Made by a program: the position numbers and the translations under genes. This document shows positions 16,398-24,000 of a stretch of 24,000 nucleotides of DNA, one piece after another (the stretch's first letter is position 1; the number at the start of each line of letters is the position of its first letter). The notes under the pieces are model-generated. The model saw only the letters and a program-made list of their open reading frames with translations, made no database searches and was not told the DNA's origin. Source of the stretch: an uncultured Oscillospiraceae bacterium (lineage in GTDB: Bacteria > Bacillota > Clostridia > Oscillospirales > Ruminococcaceae). Location: positions 1 to 24,000 of the forward strand of contig CAKQGD010000014.1 of NCBI GenBank assembly GCA_934232845.1. Direction: 5' to 3'.

Positions 16398-17303
16398 ATG
16401 ATTACAGTCAAAATTCCGGCTACCAGTGCGAATGTGGGATCCGGTTTTGATTCCCTTGGATTGGCACTGACGCTCTATAACGAGATCACCGTGGAGAAGA
16501 GCGACCGTCTTCTGATCGAATCTTTGGATGATACGCCTGTGCCGCAGGGAGAGGACAATCTGATTTATACGGCGATGCGCGGGCTGTACCGGCAGTGCGG
16601 AGAAAAGATTCCGGCGCTTCATATCCGTCAGATCAATCGAATCCCTATGTCAAGAGGGCTTGGCAGCAGCTCCGCCTGCATTGTCGGCGGCCTTTTGGCG
16701 GCGAATGCTCTTCTGGGCTCGCCTCTCACGCGGCAGCAGCTTCTCAACACCGCGGCAAAGATCGAGGGACATCCCGACAATGTGGCTCCGGCCCTGCTCG
16801 GCGGATTTGTCTGCGCTGTGATAGAGGGCGCGCAGGTTCGCTGGGTTCGGCAGGATCTTCGGCCCGATCTGCGTTTTGCGGCGCTGATTCCCAATTTTGA
16901 GCTCTCCACTTCTGTGGCACGCAGCGTTCTCCCGCGGGAAATACCGCACCGTGACGCGGTCTACAACTTGTCGAGAGCGGCGCTGATGAGCATGTCGCTT
17001 GCCGCGGGCCGCTACGAAAATCTTTCTGCCGCATCGGGCGACCGTCTGCATCAGCCGTACCGTCTGCGGCTGATTACCGGGGCAGAAGAGGCTCTGGGCA
17101 TTCTTCATGCACAGGGTGCGTACTGTTCTTATATCAGCGGCGCGGGATCGACTCTAATGGCGATGGTTCCGGCGGCAGACGAGGCTTTCTTTGAGCGCAC
17201 GCGCCGGGAACTGGATACCGCAGGCTTTTCACAATGGAGTCTGCTGATGCTTGACGCCGACAACGCGGGCGCGGTCTGCACAGAGATGCAGAAAGAAAAA
17301 TAA
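16398..17303 (+). CDS. thrB: Homoserine kinase
   Basis: VKIPATSANVGSGFDSLGLAL and the GHMP kinase motif PMSRGLGSSSA are present, along with EGHPDNVAPALLGG. Confidence 0.9.
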   Translation: MITVKIPATSANVGSGFDSLGLALTLYNEITVEKSDRLLIESLDDTPVPQGEDNLIYTAMRGLYRQCGEKIPALHIRQINRIPMSRGLGSSSACIVGGLLAANALLGSPLTRQQLLNTAAKIEGHPDNVAPALLGGFVCAVIEGAQVRWVRQDLRPDLRFAALIPNFELSTSVARSVLPREIPHRDAVYNLSRAALMSMSLAAGRYENLSAASGDRLHQPYRLRLITGAEEALGILHAQGAYCSYISGAGSTLMAMVPAADEAFFERTRRELDTAGFSQWSLLMLDADNAGAVCTEMQKEK

Positions 17304-17338
17304 AAAATGAATTCAACCGGAAAGGAGCGGTTTTTGCT

Positions 17339-18547
17339 TTGCAGCTGATCGTACAGAAATTCGGCGGCACCTCGGTCGCCGACGCCGCGCGTGTGGAGCA
17401 CGTCGCGGATATTATTACAAGGACATACGACAAAGGCTATAATGTCGTTGCGGTTGTTTCCGCGCAGGGAAAATTTACGGATGTGTTGGTCGACAAGGCC
17501 GCCGAAATCAATCCGAAGGCTTCACGCCGCGAAATGGATATGCTGCTCTCCGCCGGAGAGCAAATTTCCGTGGCGCTGCTGGCAATGGCCATTGAAAAGA
17601 GAAATTATCCTGTCAAGTCTCTTCTCGGGTGGCAGGCGGGCTTTTCCACCGACGCAAATCATTCCAAGGCGCGCATTCGCCGCATCAACACCGAGCGGAT
17701 GGAAAACGAACTTTCCAAACGCACGATTCTGATTGTCGCCGGGTTTCAGGGCCTTGACCGCTATGACGACATGACGACACTTGGACGAGGCGGCTCCGAT
17801 ACGAGCGCGGTGGCCTTGGCGGCGGCACTGCATGCCAAACGCTGTCAGATTTTCACCGATGTGGATGGGGTTTATACCGCGGATCCGCGCATCGTCGACC
17901 ACCCTGTCAAGCTCTCCGAAGTTACCTACGACGAGATGCTGGAGCTTGCTTCTCTCGGCGCGAATGTGCTTCACAACCGTTCGGTTGAGATGGGAAAACG
18001 CTATAATGTGGAAATTGAGGTTCTCTCCAGTCTGGAGGAGAAGCCCGGGACGATCATCAAGGAGGAAACAAAAGTGGAACAGATGATTATACGCGGCGTT
18101 ACAAAGGATACCAATGTGGCGCGCATTTCGCTCGGTGAGATTGAGGATACGCCCGGCATGGCCTTTCGTGTGTTCTCCCTCCTTGCGGAGAAAAAGATCA
18201 ATATTGACATTATTCTGCAGTCAATCGGCCGCAACGAGACGAAGGATATCGTGTTTACCGTGTCAAAAGATTCGGCCGAAGAAGCGGTGTCAGTGCTCAG
18301 TGAGCATCAAAAGTCTTTGAAATTCCGCACGATTACCTGCGACACGGAGATTGCCAAGGTTTCTATCGTCGGTGCGGGCATGGAATCCAACCCCGGCGTG
18401 GCTACAAGATTGTTTGAAGCGCTCGCAAGCAACAACATCAATATTCAGATGATTGCGACCAGCGAAATCAAGATTTCCGTTCTGATCGACATCGAAGATG
18501 CACAGCGCGCGGTGAGAGCGATTCATAACGCGTTTTACGGCAGCTGA
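17339..18547 (+). CDS. Aspartate kinase (monofunctional, with two C-terminal ACT domains)
   Basis: IVQKFGGTSVADAARV, VVVSAQGKFTD, LGRGGSDTSAVALAAAL and FTDVDGVYTADPR are present, followed by tandem ACT-like segments. The start is TTG at 17339, 11 nt after AAGGAG. I cannot tell which paralogue it is (lysC, dapG or thrD type). Confidence 0.88.
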   Translation: MQLIVQKFGGTSVADAARVEHVADIITRTYDKGYNVVAVVSAQGKFTDVLVDKAAEINPKASRREMDMLLSAGEQISVALLAMAIEKRNYPVKSLLGWQAGFSTDANHSKARIRRINTERMENELSKRTILIVAGFQGLDRYDDMTTLGRGGSDTSAVALAAALHAKRCQIFTDVDGVYTADPRIVDHPVKLSEVTYDEMLELASLGANVLHNRSVEMGKRYNVEIEVLSSLEEKPGTIIKEETKVEQMIIRGVTKDTNVARISLGEIEDTPGMAFRVFSLLAEKKINIDIILQSIGRNETKDIVFTVSKDSAEEAVSVLSEHQKSLKFRTITCDTEIAKVSIVGAGMESNPGVATRLFEALASNNINIQMIATSEIKISVLIDIEDAQRAVRAIHNAFYGS

Positions 18548-18577
18548 CTGCTGCGGATGCGGAAGATAAGCAAAAGG

Positions 18578-18620
18578 AAAGTCCCCTCAAAGTTTTTTGA
18601 AAACTTTGAGGGGACTTTTT
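18578..18620. terminator. Bidirectional rho-independent terminator between the aspartate kinase gene (+) and gltD-like gene (-)
   Basis: gtcccctcaaagttt (18581-18595) pairs perfectly with aaactttgaggggac (18601-18615), giving 15 bp. It is flanked by ttttt on the plus strand and by the complement of aaaaggaaa on the minus strand. Confidence 0.8.
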
Positions 18621-18679
18621 GGTGACACAGGGGAAAAGACAATGATACAGCCTCTCTGCGCATCCGCAGAAAAGATGCT

Positions 18680-19456
18680 TTATTCTTCGATGCCGGTATA
18701 TCCCATCAGGGTGCGGTCCGCTTCGGCGGCTGTGTGCTTTCCGGATGCGATTGCATAGCAGACAAAAGAACGGGCGTCTCTTTTTCTTTCTTTTCCCGTG
18801 CAGAAAAGAACGAGGTCAAACTGCTCTTTCAGCTTGGCGGCGGTATTTCCCGAGATCTCGGTTTTGGAGACGAACCGGACGCCTTCCGCCTCCATCAGGG
18901 CGATGCGGCGGCGGATGATTTCTTTCGGCAGACGTTTTTCAAGTGCATTTCCAAGCAGAGAGCCGCCCGGCTCATCGTCTTTTTCAAAGACGGTGACCTC
19001 GTGCCCGCGGCGGTTCAGATAATAGGCGGCGGACAGTCCCACCGGACCGCTGCCTACGACGGCGATCTTCTTTCCGGAACGGACAGCGGGAGGAGAGGGC
19101 TGCATCCAGCCGTGCTCAAAGGCGTATTCTATCAAATACAGCTCGTTTTCCCGCACCGTGACAGCGCCGTCCACATTTTTGCGCGTGCAGGCCTGCTCAC
19201 AGAAAGCGGGGCAGACCCGACCGGTAAATTCCGGGAAACAGTTGGTGCGAAGCAGGCGCTCGAGCGCATAGCGAACATTCCCCTTGCGCAGCAGGTCGTT
19301 CCATTCCGGAATCAGATTGTGCAGCGGGCAGCCGAACTGTTTTCCTTCCAGTTCTATGTTTGCCTGACAGAAGGGAACGCCGCAATTATAGCAGCGTGCG
19401 CATTGCGCCATACGTTCCTCAAGGCTGTGCGTTTCGCAGTATGCTTTTTTCTCCAT
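18680..19456 (-). CDS. gltD: Glutamate synthase small-subunit-like protein, abnormally short (lacks the central NAD(P)H-binding domain)
   Basis: The N-terminal Fe-S cysteine motifs are CARCYNCGVPFC, CPLHNLIPEW and GRVCPAFCEQAC. The first dinucleotide fold is KKIAVVGSGPVGLSAAYYL...VTVFEKDDEPGG. After FDLVLFCTG the sequence runs directly into the GltD C-terminal helix (YAIASGKHTAAEADRTLMG). The ATG lies 3 nt after the gltB stop, and GGAGG sits inside the end of gltB. Confidence 0.75.
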   Translation of the reverse strand: MEKKAYCETHSLEERMAQCARCYNCGVPFCQANIELEGKQFGCPLHNLIPEWNDLLRKGNVRYALERLLRTNCFPEFTGRVCPAFCEQACTRKNVDGAVTVRENELYLIEYAFEHGWMQPSPPAVRSGKKIAVVGSGPVGLSAAYYLNRRGHEVTVFEKDDEPGGSLLGNALEKRLPKEIIRRRIALMEAEGVRFVSKTEISGNTAAKLKEQFDLVLFCTGKERKRDARSFVCYAIASGKHTAAEADRTLMGYTGIEE

Positions 19457-19459
19457 GAA

Positions 19460-22400
19460 TCACGCCTCCTTTTCCGCAAAGGCGATCAGTTCCGCTTCGT
19501 CGCGCGTCATGCCGCGCTCCTCAAGGCGTGCGATTTCCTCCGCCATGATGCTGTAATCGCGGGGAACGATCTTTTTAAACAGGGAAACACGGCTGTCGAA
19601 GTCCGCAAGGAATTCCTTGGCCCGCGGCGAATCGGTTTCGGCCGCATGCGCCGTAAGAAGGGCGCGAAGCTGTGCAATATCCTTGGGGTCGGAGAGGGGC
19701 TCAATAGAGACGAGGGCCTTGTTCACGCGCAGATACAGGTCATGATCGGCGTCGAGCACATAGGCGACGCCGCCCGACATGCCCGCAGCAAAATTGCATC
19801 CGGTACGTCCCAGCACAACGACCCGCCCGCCTGTCATATATTCACAGCCGTGATCGCCGACACCTTCGACAACGGCGGAAGCGCCGGAGTTGCGCACGGC
19901 GAAGCGTTCGCCCGCGACGCCGTTGACATATGCCTCACCGGAGGTGGCGCCGTACAGGGCGACGTTGCCCACAATGACGTTTTCTCCGGGGTCAAGAGTG
20001 CTGTTTCGGTCGGGACGCAGAATCAGACGGCCGCCGGAAAGTCCTTTTCCGAAATAGTCGTTGCTGTCTCCTTCCAGACGGAGTGTCAGCCCTTTGGGAA
20101 TAAAAGCCCCGAAGGACTGTCCCGCACCGCCGCGGCAGCGCACCACGTAGCTGTCGTCGGAAAGAAGGTTTCCAAACCGCCGCGTCAGTTCTGCACCGAA
20201 AATCGTGCCGAAGGTGCGGTCGGTGCAGGAAACGGAAACCTCGGTCTCGTGCGGGGCGCCGTCCTCAAGCATATGCAGCAGCACGGTTTCGTCGGGCGTT
20301 TTTTCCAGTTCAAAGTCAAAAGTGTGCTTCGGGTCAAAGCGCGTTGCCTCTCCATTATCGGGAGCCTTGTCAAGCAGCGAGCACACATCCACCATTGCGG
20401 CACGCCGCGTGACCTGATGCGGTCTCACACGCAGCAGCTCGGTGCGGCCGACCATCTCGTCAATGGTGCGAATGCCGAGAGAGGCCATGGTTTCTCTGAG
20501 CTCTTCGGCGACGAAAAGCATGTAGCGCATGACGTGCTCGGGTTTGGCGGAGAAGTTTTTACGAAGCTCGGGATTCTGCGTGGCGATTCCCATGGGGCAG
20601 GTGTCTTTGTTGCACAGGCGCATCATGCGGCAGCCCATCGCGACCATCGGCGCGGTTGCAAAGCCGAATTCCTCCGCGCCGAGCAGACAGGCGACTGCTG
20701 CGTCAAAGGCGTTCATCAGCTTGCCGTCTACCTCGAGACGGACGCGCGAACGCAGGCCGTTCTGCACAAGGGTTTGATGCGCTTCGGCGAGGCCGAGCTC
20801 CCACGGCAGGCCCGCATTGTAGAGCGAGTTCTGCGGAGCCGCACCCGTACCGCCGTCCGCACCGGAAATCAGCACGGTCTGCGCGCCGGCCTTTGCCACA
20901 CCGGAGGCGATTGTGCCGACGCCCGCCTCGCTGACGAGCTTGACGGAGATATTGGCGTTTACATTGGCGTTTTTAAGATCATAAATCAGCTGTGCCAGAT
21001 CCTCGATAGAGTAAATATCGTGGTGAGGCGGAGGAGAAATCAGCGCTACGCCGGGCGTTGCGTACCGTGTTTTGGCGATCCACGGCCAAACCTTGCCGCC
21101 CGGCAGATGACCTCCTTCGCCCGGTTTTGCGCCTTGTGCCATTTTAATCTGAATTTCCTTGGCGCTGACAAGATATTCGCTTGTCACGCCGAAGCGCCCG
21201 GATGCGACCTGTTTGATGGCGGAGTTCGTTTTGGTGCCGAGACGCTCAGGCAGTTCGCCGCCCTCACCGCAGTTGGACTTGCCGCCCAAGCGGTTCATCG
21301 CCTCGGCGAGGCATTCGTGTGCTTCCTGAGAGATTGCGCCGTAAGAAATCGCTCCCGTCTTAAAACGACGCACGATCGATGCGGCGGGCTCCACTTCCTC
21401 AAGGGGAATGGGAGTGACATGATCCGTGTTAAATTCAAACAGTCCGCGCAGCGTGTGCGGAACATCCTCCGACCGGGCGAAAACGGAATACTTTTTGTAC
21501 TCCTCGTAGGAATTCTCCCGCACGGCTTTTTGCAGAGTTAAGATAGTCTGTGGCTTCCACATATGATCTTCCGCACGCTGGCCCGCGCGTTCGCGGTGAA
21601 TACCTGCGCTCTCGAGCCCCTGGCCGGTGGGCAGCCCCATCGGGTCAAACGCATTGTCGTGCCGCCATTCGACTGCTTCGGCGATTTCATCGAGGCCGAT
21701 GCCGCCTACGCGGCTGATAGTGTTGGTGAAATACTTGTCGATTACGCTGCGGCTGATGCCGACTGCCTCGAAAATCTGCGCGCTGCGGTAGGACTGTATG
21801 GTCGAAATGCCCATCTTTGACGCAATGCGCACAATGCCGTTGGAGACGGCCTCGTCATAGGCCTGTACTGCGGCATAGGGGTCGCGGTCAAGCATACCGC
21901 GCTCAATCAGTTCGCCGACGCATTCCTGTGCGAGGTAAGGGTTGACCGCGGTCGCGCCAAAGCCAAGCAGCGCCGCAAAATGATGCACGCATCGCGGCTC
22001 CGCGCTCTCTAAAATGATGGAGACTGCGGTGCGCTTTTTGGTGCGGACAAGGTACTGCTGCAGAGCGGACACCGCCAGCAGAGAAGGGATCGCGGCGCGG
22101 TTTTCGTCGACGCCCCGGTCAGAGAGAATCAGAATATTCGCGCCGCTTCGGTATGCTTTGTCGCAGCGGACAAACAGTTTTTCAAGTGCGTGTTCAAGCG
22201 AGGTGTTGCTGTAATACAAAAGCGGGATAACCGCACTTTTCAGACCCGGCATATCGAGAGACTTGATTTTGAGCAGCTCCATGCTGGTGAGAATCGGCCC
22301 CTCAAGCTGCAGAACACGGCAATTTTCCGCGCGATCCTCCAGCAGGTTGCCGTCCGCGCCGACATAGACCTTGGTATCCGTGACGATCTTTTCACGAATA

Positions 22401-23977
22401 GAATCGATCGGCGGATTTGTGACCTGCGCGAACATCTGCTTGAAATAGTTGAAGAGAGGCTGATGCTTTTCCGACAGTACCGCCAGCGGAATGTCCGCTC
22501 CCATGGCGGCGGTGGGCTCGGTGCCGGTCTTTGCCATGGGCAGAATCGACGATTTAAAATCCTCATAGGTATAGCCGAATGCCTGGCAGAGACGGCTGCG
22601 CGTCGCAGGATCGTGCTCGGGAACGCGTGTCTTGGGGGCGGGCAGATCCTCAAGCGTAACCAGCTCGCGGTCAAGCCATTCTCCGTAGGGATGCGACTGC
22701 GCGTAGGCGTTTTTCAGCTCGCCGTCGTCTATGATGCGGCCCTGCTTCAGATCGGCGAGCAGCATCTTGCCGGGACGCAGGCGGGATTTTTTAATAATTC
22801 TTTCCGCCGGAATAGGAAGTACCCCTACCTCGGAGGAAAGAATCAGCCGCTCATCGTCTGTCAGATAGTAGCGCGAGGGGCGCAGACCGTTGCGGTCAAG
22901 CACCGCGCCGACCACATCTCCGTCGGAAAACAAAATCGCGGCGGGACCGTCCCACGGCTCCATCATGGTGGCGTAATAGTGGTACATGTCGCGCACGGCG
23001 CGCGGCATGTCGCGGCGGGTGCTCCACGGCTCGGGGATGGTGACCATCACGGCGCGCGGCAGCTCCATGCCCGCGTACATCAGAAATTCAAGCGTATTGT
23101 CGAGCATTGCGGAGTCCGATCCGGAAGGGTCTACGACAGGCAGAACTTTTTCAAGATCGTCGGCCAGCAGAGGAGAAACCATGGTTTCCTCGCGGGCGAG
23201 CATGCGGTCAATATTGCCGCGGATTGTGTTAATTTCTCCGTTATGCAGAATCAGGCGGTTCGGGTGCGCGCGTTCCCAGCTCGGGTTTGTGTTGGTGGAA
23301 AAGCGGGAATGCACCAGCGCGAGCGCGGACTCATACCGTTTATCCGACAGATCGGGGTAAAAGGCCCGAAGCTGCTCGACGAGAAACATGCCTTTATAGA
23401 CGATTGTGCGGCAGGAAAGAGATGCGATGTATGTTCCCGAGACGGACTGCTCAAATTCGCGGCGCACCAGATACAGTCGGCGGTCAAACTCTGCATCCGC
23501 AGCGGCGCTCTTTGGGCGGCGCAGTACACATTGGCAGATGCAGGGCATGCAGTCAAGAGCCTTTTGACCGATGACCTCCGGACGGACAGGCACATCCCGC
23601 CAGAACAGAAGCTCCAGTCCGGCTTTTTGTGCAATCACTCCGAACAGGCGTTTTGCCCGTGCCCGCTGCAGGCTGTCCTGCGGGAAGAAAAACATTCCCA
23701 CCCCGTAGCTTCGCGCCTCGCCGAGGGAGATTCCGTTCTCGGCGGCGACAGAAGAAAACAAGCCGTGCGGAATCTGTGTCATAATACCGACGCCGTCGCC
23801 GGTTTTTCCGGCGGCGTCACGTCCTGCGCGGTGACGAAGCTTTTCCACAATAGAAAGAGCGTCCGACACGGTCTGATGCGAGACGCGCCCCTTGAGATCG
23901 ACGACGGCGCCGATTCCGCAGGAATCATGCTCAAAGCGGGAATCGTACAGAGGGCTGCAATAATCTGTGTGCTTCAT
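19460..23977 (-). CDS. gltB: Glutamate synthase large subunit
   Basis: The protein is 1505 aa. Its N-terminus has the Ntn-amidotransferase motif FEHDSCGIGAVVDL, with LVHSRFSTNT further in. The central and FMN domains contain GEGGE, KMAQGAKPGEGGHLPG, SPPPHHDIYSIEDLAQLI and ISGADGGTGAAP. The C-terminal GXGXG beta-helix domain has GGAGQSFGAF, and RBS GGAG lies 9 nt upstream. Confidence 0.95.
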   Translation of the reverse strand: MKHTDYCSPLYDSRFEHDSCGIGAVVDLKGRVSHQTVSDALSIVEKLRHRAGRDAAGKTGDGVGIMTQIPHGLFSSVAAENGISLGEARSYGVGMFFFPQDSLQRARAKRLFGVIAQKAGLELLFWRDVPVRPEVIGQKALDCMPCICQCVLRRPKSAAADAEFDRRLYLVRREFEQSVSGTYIASLSCRTIVYKGMFLVEQLRAFYPDLSDKRYESALALVHSRFSTNTNPSWERAHPNRLILHNGEINTIRGNIDRMLAREETMVSPLLADDLEKVLPVVDPSGSDSAMLDNTLEFLMYAGMELPRAVMVTIPEPWSTRRDMPRAVRDMYHYYATMMEPWDGPAAILFSDGDVVGAVLDRNGLRPSRYYLTDDERLILSSEVGVLPIPAERIIKKSRLRPGKMLLADLKQGRIIDDGELKNAYAQSHPYGEWLDRELVTLEDLPAPKTRVPEHDPATRSRLCQAFGYTYEDFKSSILPMAKTGTEPTAAMGADIPLAVLSEKHQPLFNYFKQMFAQVTNPPIDSIREKIVTDTKVYVGADGNLLEDRAENCRVLQLEGPILTSMELLKIKSLDMPGLKSAVIPLLYYSNTSLEHALEKLFVRCDKAYRSGANILILSDRGVDENRAAIPSLLAVSALQQYLVRTKKRTAVSIILESAEPRCVHHFAALLGFGATAVNPYLAQECVGELIERGMLDRDPYAAVQAYDEAVSNGIVRIASKMGISTIQSYRSAQIFEAVGISRSVIDKYFTNTISRVGGIGLDEIAEAVEWRHDNAFDPMGLPTGQGLESAGIHRERAGQRAEDHMWKPQTILTLQKAVRENSYEEYKKYSVFARSEDVPHTLRGLFEFNTDHVTPIPLEEVEPAASIVRRFKTGAISYGAISQEAHECLAEAMNRLGGKSNCGEGGELPERLGTKTNSAIKQVASGRFGVTSEYLVSAKEIQIKMAQGAKPGEGGHLPGGKVWPWIAKTRYATPGVALISPPPHHDIYSIEDLAQLIYDLKNANVNANISVKLVSEAGVGTIASGVAKAGAQTVLISGADGGTGAAPQNSLYNAGLPWELGLAEAHQTLVQNGLRSRVRLEVDGKLMNAFDAAVACLLGAEEFGFATAPMVAMGCRMMRLCNKDTCPMGIATQNPELRKNFSAKPEHVMRYMLFVAEELRETMASLGIRTIDEMVGRTELLRVRPHQVTRRAAMVDVCSLLDKAPDNGEATRFDPKHTFDFELEKTPDETVLLHMLEDGAPHETEVSVSCTDRTFGTIFGAELTRRFGNLLSDDSYVVRCRGGAGQSFGAFIPKGLTLRLEGDSNDYFGKGLSGGRLILRPDRNSTLDPGENVIVGNVALYGATSGEAYVNGVAGERFAVRNSGASAVVEGVGDHGCEYMTGGRVVVLGRTGCNFAAGMSGGVAYVLDADHDLYLRVNKALVSIEPLSDPKDIAQLRALLTAHAAETDSPRAKEFLADFDSRVSLFKKIVPRDYSIMAEEIARLEERGMTRDEAELIAFAEKEA

Positions 23978-24000
23978 GATTGTGTACTCCTATGGCAGAG

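Noticed and set aside
18551-18669. A perfect 11-bp inverted repeat (ctgcggatgcg / cgcatccgcag) bracketing the bidirectional terminator.
   Set aside because: A back-of-envelope estimate is 300 nt of neighbourhood divided by 4^11, multiplied by 24,000 positions. That gives roughly one such pair by chance per window, and more with GC bias. In addition, the two arms would not normally be on the same terminated transcript.
18734-21541. A 935-aa ORF on the plus strand opposite gltD/gltB. Similar long antisense ORFs occur at 6921-8258, 9208-10917, 11824-12960, 15455-16411 and 1225-2031.
   Set aside because: These are shadow ORFs of GC3-rich genes. Their translations are Arg/His/Ala/Gly-rich low-complexity strings with no recognisable motifs and no RBS, and each lies entirely inside a strongly supported gene on the other strand.
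1-24000. A window-wide look for CRISPR arrays, tRNA/rRNA genes, transposases, integrases, phage genes, toxin-antitoxin pairs or known defence-system genes.
   Set aside because: No regularly spaced repeats were seen, no cloverleaf-like or rRNA-like conserved strings were recognised, and no ORF had recombinase, nuclease or defence hallmarks. Apart from the tetR-MATE cassette, the window is metabolic and transport housekeeping.

Overview
This window looks like ordinary chromosome from a high-GC Firmicute, probably a sporulating Clostridia or Oscillospirales-like anaerobe. That guess rests on strong GGAGG-type ribosome-binding sites (RBS), several TTG starts, a YtvI-like gene and anaerobic redox enzymes. 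All calls come from reading the ORF translations and the DNA by eye; no search was run.

Gene order:
- 1-1755 (+): a 5'-truncated flavodiiron protein fused to a flavin-reductase-like domain and two rubredoxins.
- 1913-3190 (+): a YnbB-family PLP enzyme.
- 3530-5515 (+): an AT-richer cassette holding an intact TetR regulator and a MATE efflux gene broken by three single-base indels.
- 5778-6701 (+): CorA.
- 6936-12915 (+): a YjjI-family glycyl radical enzyme and its YjjW-family activase, then, with no convincing terminator between, a BMP/nucleoside-type ABC importer (one ATPase, two permeases) with no binding-protein gene.
- 13287-14345 (-): an AI-2E/YtvI-like membrane protein.
- 14634-18547 (+): ACT-domain protein, hom, thrB and aspartate kinase.
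- 18680-23977 (-): gltB plus an unusually short gltD-like gene.

No rRNA, tRNA, CRISPR array, transposase, integrase or phage gene was seen.

The best candidate for an uncharacterised system is the orphan YjjI/YjjW glycyl radical pair wired to a binding-protein-less nucleoside-type ABC importer. The shortened GltD, the decayed tetR-MATE cassette and the multi-domain flavodiiron fusion are secondary oddities.
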